Shown piece by piece: positions 10,966-23,126 of a stretch of DNA of 64,000 nt. Both the position numbers and the translations under genes were made by a program. Numbering within the stretch: position 1 is the first letter of the stretch; every line of letters begins with the position of its first letter. The DNA is taken from positions 30,134,001 through 30,198,000 of the forward strand of contig CM052818.1 of NCBI GenBank assembly GCA_028534125.1, given 5' to 3'. The notes beneath the pieces are model-generated. The model was not told the DNA's origin. It worked only from the letters and a program-made list of their open reading frames with translations, and searched no databases. This stretch comes from Lama glama (taxonomy: Eukaryota).

Positions 10966-13524
10966 GTAAGATTTCAGAGAATAATAATATAGTGAAACAT
11001 TCTGCCTGGACCTTCACATTCCAATCCAGGTATCCTAATTACCCCCCATCCCAGTGATCCTTCTTTGTGATTCCAACCTTGACCCTGCTCAAAGCAATAG
11101 CTGAAGACTTCGCTGCTTATCCTAATCTGACCTTTGTTCCAGGTTTCTCAGCATCTGGCATAAAATCCCCTCTGGAGCTGAGTTTCTACACTTGTGACTC
11201 AATTTCTGAAGAGCTGGATTTTTGCCTAACACCTTGGAAGCTGAGTTGCTGAATAGATGGTTAGAATACTACCTGGATCTCTGATTCCTGCGAGAACTTC
11301 AGGCTAGAGACCAACCCAGAGAGACAGGACTCACCAGCATGACTATACAGGTGGTTAAAATACTGAAATAGCTACCATCTTGGACATCCCAGTGCTCCTT
11401 CACACTTCCCCTCCCACCTGGGGGCCACCTGGACCCTCCCTACAATGTATGCACCAGAGTTAATGCTCTGTCCAGCAAGGGTCCTCCAGGAATGATTTCC
11501 AGAGCCACGGTCAGACTCAATTCTGATTAGCCCTTTGACTGTTCCCTCTTGGTTATCAAATATTTCGAAGAGCATCTCTGTATACAAACCTGTAATGTCT
11601 TTGCTGATTGGGTGATTCTTTACCCCCACCCCAAATATAAACAAACAAACAAACAAACAAATAACTGACTGACTGACAGTCCAGACATGAGGCAAAGACA
11701 AAATGGGTTGATTCTGACAGTTGATGGGATTTAAGGAAAGAGACATTCTCTCTTAGATGGCAGAGGGGTCAAAAAGTGGACTCGTGAAGGAGGAAATGTT
11801 CTGGCATAGCACCTGCCTCTGCCCTGAGTAATATTTTCATAGTGATAACAAAGCAAATGTTGTTTACTGCTCTTCAAAGTTTAGAATCAGTTACAGACAA
11901 AACAGTACATATTTATTTATAGCTACAGAACAGAGTATAGTTGTCATTAACCTTGATGTCATAAAGTTAAAGGACAGAAAGCAAAAGTGAAGCTGAGAGG
12001 TTGGGTGGAAGAAGGGGAAAGAAGGAAAGGAGTATGATGATGGCTTCATCTTACATACAAGGAGGACGAGCTATTGTAAAATCAGTTGATGAACAAGAAA
12101 CAGGAGTTGATCTTAAGACTTCCAGTAGAATAACTAAAGATAATACAACTACTAAAAATGGAGAGAAGGGAGAGTAGCTTAAGTAATTAAGTCCTTACCT
12201 TTCAAAGGTAGGAGTAAATGCCTACAACTGACACATCAAGAAATATTAACATAGGAATATTATTCAGAGTTATAAAGACGACTACCTAGAAAACAAAAAT
12301 GAGTGGTCCCAGAGAAGCAGTATTGGAATGAATGGAGAAGGAATGGCAGTAAGGGCTGTGGCATTTCATTATGTGTCCTCTGGACTGGTTAATTTTTTTT
12401 TTTACTAAACATTAATTTCTTAAAACAGCAAATAAAAATGAAAGAACCAACTTGAATAGAAAATAGATATATTAACTTTTGTCCTTAGTATATCAAATGT
12501 GGGGAGAACTGCTGTTATTGCTACAGTATTTAAGAATACAGTAAACAATTAAAAATCATCATAATCAAATAAATGCAAATACATAAGAAATTGTGTATGT
12601 TTCTAAAGAATATTAATGCTTTTTCTTCTGTAACCACTATATTTGCTAAGTAATCATCACTTGTTTCTCACATGAGAGATTTCTAGACACGAAGTAGTCA
12701 CGGAGTATAACACATTACACATCATTTTCAAGCCAATCAGACAATCTGAGATTTTGCCACAGATTTTTGAAAGTTTTGTGGACAATTCCTGTCATAGAGA
12801 AAAATAAAACCAAGTGGTATAGACGAACTCTCAGCAGTTCATATCTTCTCCATTTTAACAGGGGCAAGGGGTGCATCTTCAAGCTTATGCTCCCTGGGGA
12901 GTGGAGCAGTGATAAGTGACCTGATAAATCATTTTGCTCAAGCACAAAATAAGCAAAGGAAGATAGGGAGAGATTTTTCCTCCCCACAGCTTATCAGGAC
13001 AACTAGGACAAGTAGCTGTAGTCTGAACAGTATTAGAGATTTGCACAGCGTGTGAACCCTTGGAGAGCTGAATTCTTATCCATGTTTCTAATTGCATTTG
13101 AAATTTTTGTTTTAATGAGATTTCCTAATAAGTGTCTTTATTTAAAATTTGTTCATTATACTAGAAGCTACATAAATTGGTTTTCTTTCATATTCAATCT
13201 CTAATTAATATTGGCTTTTCTCCACTTTCCTATAATCTGTGTAAAAATCTCTCCTTTGCTAAATTATGAGACAAGGGTGGGATACTTATGAGGCAGGTAG
13301 TAATGAAGTCTTGGTCCAGTTTTAGTGCAAATAAAAATGAAGGGAAAACCATAAGAATGGTCACAGAATAGATTGAGTAAACAAATATATATTGAGTAAT
13401 ATTATGTACCAGGCACAAGGCTAGCAGATAAATATTCTGTATCAAGACATGACTAGAAGCATGATTCCATTCCTAGAAGCACTTTATAACTATGTGAAAT
13501 TTTAGAAAATGTCCTCATTTAGTG

Positions 13525-13706
13525 AAGGATTTTGCAACTTCAGCGCTACTGACATGTTGGACCACATAATTCTTAGTTGTTGAGGGGCCATTCTGTATCT
13601 TGTAGGATATTTAGCATCTCTAGTAATATCCCCTCCCCTCTCCCATGCTCCCAGTAGTGACAACCAAAACTGTCTCCAGACTTCGTACCTGGTTAAGAAC
13701 CATTGG
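13525..13706 (+). mobile_element. MER20 (hAT-Charlie) MITE
   Basis: CAACTTCAGCGCTACTGACATGTTGGACCACATAATTCTT...GTGACAACCAAAACTGTCTCCAGAC...GGTTAAGAACCATTG. Confidence 0.75.
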
Positions 13707-14379
13707 GTGTGATCCTATATTTAAAGAACTAAAATTAATTTTAGAGATACTACTGCTGTGCCAACCTTGCTTGTTTCTTGTGCGATGAATTTGTCTCGCA
13801 TACCGGTGAACATTTGAACTCGAGAATATATAAACCACAATGGACTCTGAACTCTTAGATAAGATAAATAGAAATCTTTAGCACTGCAGTTGAGTGGCAT
13901 TTTCAACTTATGAATAGCAATACAAGTATGATTTGATATTTTTAGCTTAGGGAGATCTATCTTAAACCACACATGGCTGACACAAATGTGAATTCTAAGC
14001 TGTTAGGATTTCTCTTGAGTTAACCAGATGGTGTGCTTATGATCTGCCTACAAAATCTTTCCATTCTTTTCAAATAAGAAGCTATTTTTCACTTTCCACT
14101 TTAAGATCATATGCTTTTAGATTCTTTCCAAGTGAAAATAACATCCAGGCTACATTAAACTCTAAAGTAAACTATCACAAGTCCCCAGACTCCTGGGACT
14201 TGTGATATTCTAAGGAAAATGTTACCTACCTTCATGTTCTTTATCCTCACCTTCTTATATCTTCACATAACATAAGTTTCTAATCCGTCCTTACAGTAAC
14301 AGCAAACACACATACTCCTTATTATGTGCCAGGCACCATTCTAAGCTCCTTCACATTTATTTAAATTAAATACTCTTCT

Positions 14380-15680
14380 ACTTTATTAAGGTATAATTGA
14401 TAAACAAAAAGCTGCACATATTTAAGGTATACAATTTGATAAGTTTGCACATATGCATACAACTATGAAATCATCACCACAATCAAGGCAATAAGCATAT
14501 ATATCATAAAAAAGTTTTAATTTGACTTAATTTCAGACAGCAAAGTTGCAGGAATAGTACAAAGAGCTCCTGGATATCTTTCACTTACTGTTTTTAAGTT
14601 TCACCAGTTGATAAGATTCACCAGTTGTTAGCATTTTATTACATTTGCTTTTCCCTCCTCCCTCTGTATGTGTGTGTGTGTGTGTGTACAGTGTGTAAAT
14701 TTTTACTAAGCCATTTAAGTTATGTCAATTCCATTTTACCTCTAAACACCTCAGTGTAGTGTTTTCCCTAAAATCAAGGAAATTGACATTATTATGATAC
14801 TATTATCTAACCTACGTATGCTGATATTTCACCATTTGTCCTAAAAATGTCCTTTAAATCAAAAAGAAAATCCAAGATGAATGTGTGCATTCAATTCTCA
14901 TGCCTCTTTATCATCCTTTAGACTAGGACAGCTTCTCAGTCTTTCTTCACAGTGAATGACATTGATAGTTTTGACGAGTACAGGCCACTGATGTTGTAGA
15001 CTGTCCTTCAGTTTGGATTTGTCTGGTAGTTCCTCATGATTAGATTCAGGCTACTCAATGTGGCAAGAATACCAAAGAAGTGATAGTGAAATCTTGTCAG
15101 TGTTTCAAAAGACATATGATATTGGTTTTTCTCATTATTAGTGCTATCTTTGACATTGGTTAAGGTGGTAGGATCGGCCAGATTTCTCCACTGTCAAATT
15201 ATTAATTTACCCCTTGTAGTTAGTAGGTATTTTTCAGAGAGATACTTTGAGACTACATAAATACTGTTATTCCTCAAAGTCTCACCCACAAGTTTGAACA
15301 TCCATTATTGTTACTATGATGGTTGCAAAATGACGATTTGCTAATTTTCTCATTTCTTCTACATGGCTTTCTATTTTGAGAAAATGAACTTTCTTTTCCT
15401 ATCTCTCTCTCTGTCCATCTGGTTCTATCATTGTGGTCCTGTTCTTTACTCAATAGGTTATATTCCCTTGCTTCCAGTTTTTTTATTTCGATGTTCACAT
15501 TATTACAGATTTGGTCAAGAAAGAGCTCCTTCAAACACTATATGATTGACATAGCTCAAGAAACTGTGAGCCAGGCTCATCTTGTACTTCCCTTGTCCCA
15601 GTCCTGGAATGAAGCATTTCTTCAAGCGGTCTTGATTCTTTTTAATGGAGAATGGGATTTAGAAACCAACATCTGGATGC
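14380..15680 (-). mobile_element. Old L1 fragments (L1MA 3' end plus L1MC-type body)
   Basis: ACTTTATTAAGGTATAATTGATAAAC..CTGCACATATTTAAGGTATACAATTTGA; GAGATACTTTGAGACTA; TTTTAATGGAGAATGGGATTTAGAAACCAACATCTGG. Confidence 0.7.
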
Positions 15681-15684
15681 TGTC

Positions 15685-16018
15685 ACATTTTGTTAATTTT
15701 CACAAATTTTAATTTTTTTCATTATTATTATAATTGTTATGGTGATCTGTGATCAGTGATCTTTGATGTTATTACAAAAAGATTATAACTCGCTGATGAC
15801 TCAGGTGATAGCATTTTTTAGCAATAAAGTATTTTAAAGTATGTGCATTGTTTTATAGACATTATGCTAGTGCACATTTAATTGACTACAGTATACTGTA
15901 AACATCAATTTTTTATGCACTGGAAACCAAAAAGTTCATGTGACTTGCTTTATTGCAATATTCACTTTATTTTGGTGGTCTGGAACCAAACCCGCAGTAC
16001 CGCCAAGCTATGTCTGTA
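15685..16018 (+). mobile_element. Tigger1 3' end (TcMar DNA transposon)
   Basis: GTTATGGTGATCTGTGATCAGTGATCTTTGATGTTA...TGTGACTTGCTTTATTGCAATATTCACTTTATT..GGTGGTCTGGAACCAAACCCGCA..ATGTCTGTA. Confidence 0.85.
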
Positions 16019-16229
16019 TTAACATTTAGTTATCATTACAATCCTATACAGTATTTACCACTTTAACTATTTTCATTTTATAGTTGAAGAAACTGAGGCA
16101 TAGAAGTTAAATAAATTGCTAAAGGTCTTCCAGTTAAGTGATAAGGCTGAGATTAGAACCTGGTTAGTCTGGTTCCAGGCCTACCCTCTCAGGATAAATA
16201 TTTAAAGATTCAAGTATTTCCAGGGTTGA

Positions 16230-17320
16230 TAAGAAAGTTTATATGACTTTAGGATAGGAAAGAGTTGTTTGTTGTTTTCTTTTTAAACAAAATTAAAGCA
16301 CACATGAAAGAAAATTACATACAATTATGTTAAAGTTTCAAAATTATATACATCTAAAACTTCTGCAAACAAAGTAAAAAAACAAGCTGCAGAGTGGAAG
16401 ATTGTATCTGCAAATGTAAATGAGTGACAAGGAATTAGTTTCTAGAGTACATAAAGAACTCCTACAAATCAATACAAAAAAGACAACCCAATACTATAAA
16501 ATAATAATAATAATAATAACAACAACAACAACAACAGAGGGTATGAACATGCACAAGAGCCCTTTGCAGAAAAGGGAATTTGAACAGCCAGCAAACATAT
16601 GAAAAGATGCTCCACTCCACTGGTAATCAGGGATGTTAAAACCAAAATGAGGAACCATCAGATTGGCAAGTTAATAATTCTGAGTACACTAAACCCTGGT
16701 AAAGATGTGAAGCAAAAGGAAAGTTCTGGTAAGAGAGTATGCTCCTATATTTACTTTGGAGAGCAATGTAGCAGCTTATATTGAGGTAGAAGATGCACAT
16801 GCCCTAGGACCTGGCAATATGAGAGCAATGTTCATAGTTACATGTATGTAACAGCAAATATTTGGTAACAACCTAAATGCCCCATTCACTGGAGGATGGA
16901 TAAATAAATAACATGTGGTATATTCATTCAAGAAAATTCTCTACAGCAGTGGAACTGAATAAATTTACAGCTATTTGTATCCCCACAGAGGAAGCAGGAT
17001 GCAAAAGAATATATAAAGACATCACTGACATAAATTTTTTAAACACACAAACTATGCTACATATAATGCTTAAGAATAGATATATATACACATACATATA
17101 AATGTGTACAACTATGTAGCTAAATTTTAACAAAATGCACAGAAGTGAAAATCACTACATTTAGGAGTTGGTACTCTTGTGGGGTAGGTGGAGTAAGGAA
17201 AATGTGATAATGGAGTACAAACTATTAGTAATACTTTATTTCTTAACACAGGTGTTGATTACATTAATCTGCATACCTTTTTATCAGTCTGAAATGTTTC
17301 ATAGTATAGTTAAAAGAAAA
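16230..17320 (+). mobile_element. Ancient L1 (L1ME-type) ORF2 end / 3'UTR
   Basis: GTACATAAAGAACTCCTACAAATCAATACAAAAAGACAACCCAA; AAACATATGAAAAGATGCTCC; CAACCTAAATGCCCATTCAC. Confidence 0.75.
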
Positions 17321-17856
17321 ATCACCTTGGTCTTACTTTCCTGACTGTTGGCCCATCATGATAGAAATGTAGTTCCTCATCATGATAGAGAGGTATTACC
17401 CCTTTTCCAATCAAGCCCTTATGCTCTTGAATTGGGTTCTTCTCCACTGGTGTGCGTGTAGGAAGCAGGGAGGGCCTGTTGTGGCTCCTTTGTATTTCAG
17501 TGGCTGCCATGGAAAAGTCAGAAAGGACTTAACCTGGTATTGAGAATGGAATAGGGATGTGGGAGATAGTGGTGCTGGGAGGATAAAAGGAGTAGCCTAA
17601 TCAGAGAAGAAAAAGAGGTCCTGGGGACTGGGAAGGGGATTGGGTTTGGGGGTTTCTCTTAAGATGTTAGGCAAGTTTCTCTTATGTGGCTGTTTCTAGG
17701 GTGGTCAAGGTTGGCATAAGTGCAGGGGCCTTGAGAGCAAAGCCTGTGATCAGTGGGGAGATGGCAGTAAGGCATCTTGGTGACCCTTAAAGAGCAATAG
17801 GGCCTACCAGACAGAGGAAGACCATTCCCCAGCAATAGCATTCTCTAGAAGGAGCA

Positions 17857-17902
17857 ATGGAATGAAAACAATGAACCACATGGAATGAAAACAATGAACC
17901 AC
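17857..17902. repeat. Perfect 23-bp tandem duplication
   Basis: ATGGAATGAAAACAATGAACCAC x2. Confidence 0.95.
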
Positions 17903-19029
17903 ACCCCGTATCTGGCATTAGGGAGAGCCAAGGGTTAACGTTTAGGATCCAGTGAAAAGTTAGGGAATCTGACTTTCCATCCGTAGTGGAAATTCTTTAG
18001 CCAATCCTGGGGAAGCTCAGATAAGATTTAATTTAGAAAAACAGATAAATGTGATGTTTCTTGCACCTGAATGATTACACATTAAATTAAAGCCAGAAAG
18101 CTACCACACAGAATAAGCAAAGGCTATAGACTATTAGGAATAGGTCCAAATCCAAAGAAGAGAGTTCACTGTTAGTAGATAATTAGAAGCAAAGAGAGCT
18201 AGAAATCTCTATTTCCTATCTTCTCCAAATTAATGGGCCAGGCCAATGGTAAAACAAGGAAACGCAGGCTCTAAAAAAAAGTGTACAACAGAAGCATTAG
18301 ATGAACCTGTAAGCTGGGAAATCAGTATGATTCAGCTTCCAAAAAAATAAACCCCACAGCAGATGGCACTGGCAGACTTAAGAGGGTCAGATCACCAGAA
18401 GGAGAGAAATCCCACTGGGTGCCAATTAGACCACAGCCAGATTTGAGGAACAGCCAAAAGGTACTCAGAAGTGAGTGAAATTGAGCTTTCAGGTAACCAT
18501 ATTCTGTGACAAGCTGTTTACACGTATGCCAGCCCACTTACAGGAAGCCTGCATACCTCGTGCTTTAAAAAGGTAAATATTATATAACTATCTTCTATTA
18601 TGTAGGTGCCTGAAAATCAATGAGCACTAAAGCATACTTTGAATAACATTATATAAAAGTTACTTAATTTGTATAAAATGTATATATTATTACAAATATA
18701 TATTTATAAATATATATTTCATATATTTATATATAATATTTTGCTCATATAAAAAAGATCCCAGAGAGCTCCTTAGCCCCTTCTACCATGTAAGGGTACA
18801 ATATGAAGTCTAAACATCAAGAAACAATAGCTGCCAGAGACAAACACTTATAAAAGCATACCTAAGAAATGATCCTAAGAAACCCAGAAGTCTAGGGATA
18901 TTTGCTATAACAGCAAAAAGCTGAATATATCTCATGACCTCTGAAAAAGGGCTAAACTACATTGTAAATTTTACATAACTGTAGCAATAATAAAATTCCT
19001 CTACAAATATGTTTTTGTGTGTTTGCATA

Positions 19030-19358
19030 CACACACAAACACACACACACACAGATTTATTGTAAGGAATTAGCTCACAAGATTATAAAGATTGACTAGT
19101 CCCAAGCTATGCAGGGTGAATGGACAAGTTGGAGACCCAGGAGAGTCAATAGTGAAGTTCCAGTCCAAAGGCCAACAAGTTCAGCCCAAGAAGAGTTCTG
19201 AGTCTGAAGTCAGGAAAAAACAGAGGTCCCAGCTAAGAGGCAGTCAGCCAGGAGGACTCCTCTCGTGTTAATTTCATCCAAAAACATTCTCACAGAAACA
19301 TGCTAATATCTGGGCACCATGTGACCCAGTTAAGTTTACATATAAATTAACCACCACA
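19030..19358 (-). mobile_element. MLT2-type ERVL LTR fragment
   Basis: GATTTATTGTAAGGAATTAGCTCAC...GGAGACCCAGGAGAGTCAATAGTG...GTGACCCAGTTAAGTTTACATATAAATTAACCACCACA. Confidence 0.75.
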
Positions 19359-21319
19359 GAAAGGAATATACCAAACTGTTATCAGACAATTTATTAGATA
19401 ATAATAGTTTCACTTGAATTGGCCTTATATTATATTTCAAATGGCATATTCCATTTCCATACTTATTTTAAAATCATATTGAGTTGTAATTAACATACAA
19501 TATCATATGTATTTCCTTATTTTAAAGAATTTCTGCTTCTTTTTCATGTTTTCAGTTTCAAACACTTTTAGTTTCCGTCAAATTAATTTATAAACCTCAA
19601 TCACTAAAACACTTTCTGGAAAATCTAAATAAGGAATTGGTATCTCTGCTAAATACTTTCAGTAAGGTCAAATTTCTAAAAATATTTTAATATTCTAAAT
19701 GTTTGCTCTGATTTCAAAATATCTAATGAAGAAAATATACAAGGCTTGATACGATTTCCAGGTTACTTTTGTAGTTCTAGCACTATAGGCTGCCACTGAA
19801 GCCAAGATGTAATTTCAATTATCATTATCACAATTCTAAGCTCTTCAGATAATATTACCTTCTCAGAAAAATGTTACATTTGCTACTATAAATTTATGAT
19901 AGTAAATATACAGTTTATTGGGAAAATACTTAAAAGTGATTCATTTATTTACACCTTTATTGTATCACTTGGAGATAATCAAATTTATTGTCTTTGGGCC
20001 AAATTAAAACATCTGGAAATCTTTCTAAAACTTTGGCAAAATTTCCAGAGTTCTTCCCTAGCATCCCATAGTACTGTCTGTTCAAAACCCAGTGAAGTTT
20101 CTATATAGTTTTCCTTGAACACCAGTAATAAAGTTTGTTATCTTGCTCCATATGTTATCTTTAGCTCCACAGAATCAATGAAAGCCAGCAAGCTGGTTTT
20201 TAAATTGTGATATTTTGTCTTTTAAGTAAATTAAGACAATTTTATGTGTTTTAATTGAAGCTTTGCAGTGATGACTAAAATTTTTCTTTACTGTTTTTGT
20301 CATTTTTTTTTACAAGTGAGACTATAAACCTAAATTGTAGTAAGTCTGTATTAATGTTTTATTAAATGTTTCATGCCTAAAAATCCTTGATTGTACTTAA
20401 CATTAACAACATAGTAGATGGTGTTAACAATTTGGATGATCCTTTAAAAATATTTTTTGTCTGATCAATTAAACTCCTAGGTGAAATTTTTAGAAGTCAT
20501 TATTTCAACTTCTTTATTGTTGTAAATGATTTATGATAGCCTTTAATTTTCTTATTGATAACTGCAAATCTTTGAACCATGAGCTCTACATGAACATGAT
20601 TGCTTTTGGGGTGAAATGTTAGTTTAGCACTTTCAACACTACAAGTGTTGAAATGCAAACAGTGTTTGCATTCAACATTCACATCACTTGCAATAAATCA
20701 TGTTTTCATTTCAGAAATGAAAATCATTTGTTTTATTTCATATTAATTTTTGCACCATATCAAAAGACATTTCAGGATGTTTTAAGAAATGTTCCAAGCT
20801 ACAGTTCATTATGTTCTTCCACAATTTTAGAATGTGAACATTTACAGCATTTGAAAAGAATGTTAAGAAGCTTATCAGCACTTTGCTAACATTCTAGGTG
20901 TTTTTTTTCTCTCTCCAATTTACAACTTTTAATTCAAATACATTTTTACAGGAAGGTGTATGTTATAAGCGTATAGCTTGAAAATTTTTCACTAACTGAA
21001 CAGACCCATATGATCAGCACCTAGATTAAGAAATAGACTATACCAGCATCCCAGAAGCCCCAACCCCTGTACCTTCTTTCAGTTTTTTTCTTCCCACTCA
21101 AAAGTAATCGACATAATGTTTTTGTCCCACACATAAATAGAATAAAGCATGTATTCGTGTCTGGTTTCTTTTGCTCAACATTAAGTTTCTGAGATGAGTA
21201 ATATTACATGTAGTTACAGATCTTTCAATCTTCTTGTATTCTATTGTGTGACACCATAATTGACTGTCTATTTGGGTTGTTTCCAGGTTTGGGTATTATT
21301 AATGATGTTGCTATGAACA

Positions 21320-21506
21320 CTCACTACTCTGACCAGTATGGTAGCTACTCACCACATGTAGCTCTTTAAATAAAATAAAATTGAAAATCAGTTCCTCAGT
21401 TGCACTAACCACATTCCAAGTGCTCAACAGCCACGTGGATAGTAGCTACTGTATGGACAGCACAGAACACTTTCACCATCACAGAAAGTTTCATTGTACA
21501 GTGCTG
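21320..21506 (+). mobile_element. MER3-like hAT-Charlie MITE nested in an old L1
   Basis: ATGGTAGCTACTCACCACATGTAGCT...CAGTTCCTCAGTTGCACTAACCACATTCCAAGTGCTCAACAGCCAC...CAGAAAGTTTCATTGTACAGTGCTG. Confidence 0.75.
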
Positions 21507-22625
21507 AATTCACGTGCTGGTGAACATGTGGGTTTGCTGGGTGATATGGTATGCATATGTTCCACATCAACTGATAGCAGATAGTGTCAGTTTTGGGGTG
21601 TTCATTATATCTTGTTACAAATTCTTCTATTTTAAAATATTAAAACACTGTATTAACTGTTCAACTAACAACTACAATGCACTAAAATAGTAAAATCAAA
21701 TTAAAAACTAAACTATTTAGAAGCGGTAGCAACTGTTAGAACATAAAATGATTCATGAGTAATGCACAAGGCAGCAATAGTATTTACCATGATACAGGCC
21801 AATCTAATGTTGCAATTGTTTCTCAAATGTCATTACAACAGAAAGTCCATTATCAATGGCTGTCACAAAAGAACTAACAAATTTACATTAAAATTTAAAT
21901 AATTTATTAATTTCAGTACTATTTCAGTTACAGTAATACTATTTACTACTGATACAGACGAATTTCAGTATTTTAACAACTGAGACATCTATGCTAGTGT
22001 CTATCCGCTAAATATCATATCTGCTCATAATCCCAACCAATTAACACTGGATATTCTCAATCTTTTAAGGTTTTGACAAACTGAGAGGTCAATGTTGTTG
22101 TTGTCTGAGCTGCATTCAAACACAAATTTGTGCATCTGGACATGTATTTATTGGTCTTTTTAAAATTTTGTTGGTTATTTTTAATCATTTCTCCTGAATT
22201 GCTTATTTATATTCCTTGTCCATCTTAAATTATCAATTTATATTTTTATTATTACATAGTGTATACTATATGATTGCCCATGTATATGCTTTGCCCATTT
22301 CAAATCACTAATTTGTGAATGTTCTCTTATTAAGGAAATTAGCCCTTTATCTACACTAGCCTTGCAAATATTTCCCTCCAATTTGTAGATTTATCTTTTT
22401 CAGAACTGTCCTAAATGATATGTAGTCGAGTTACTTAATCTCTTCTTTTTTAGTTTTTCTATTTATGTCATGCTTCAAAAGCCCCATCCTCCCAAAAAGT
22501 ATATGAAAACAATTCCTATTTTGTTCTGCTTTTAAAATATTTTATATATCCATAATTTACTCTGGTGTAGGAAGTTAAGGTATAGATCCAGCCTTGTATT
22601 TTCCTAAGTGGCTTATAATGTTATT

Positions 22626-23126
22626 GTCAGACAGACACTGCTAGTTACCTATCTGGCACCCATTACCTACCTGGTCCCTTACTAACAGAACTGTGACTTT
22701 GTTTAAGGCAGTAATGTGCCCAGCTTAAGATACTTTCCAGACTGTTGCAGCAAGGAGTGATTCAGTTCTACCCCGAGAAATAGGGGAAAGTCAACGAATG
22801 TGGCTTTCAGACAGATTTTTAAATAAAGGCAACTTTGAATGACATGCTCCATTGGCCTCTTAACTTTCCCTTTCTTCCTGCTTGGAATCTAGATGTAATA
22901 CCTAGAGGTGAAGCAGCTATCTTGAGACCAGGAAAGAAAGCCACTCACCAGAAACGGCAGAGTAAAAATATAAAAGGAGTTTGAGTCCTTGATGACATTA
23001 AGCTGCCACATCAGCCCTGGATTATACACACTTGGATTACTTATGTGAGAAATGTAAACTCCTATTAAGTGAAGCCACTGGTCGTAGGGTTGTTTCTTGA
23101 AAACAAACACACTGCTATCTGATGCA
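22626..23126 (+). mobile_element. MaLR LTR (MLT1J-like)
   Basis: CAGACACTGCTAGTTACCTA...CTTACTAACAGAAC...GTCCTTGATGACATT...AAGCCACTG...CTGATGCA. Confidence 0.65.
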
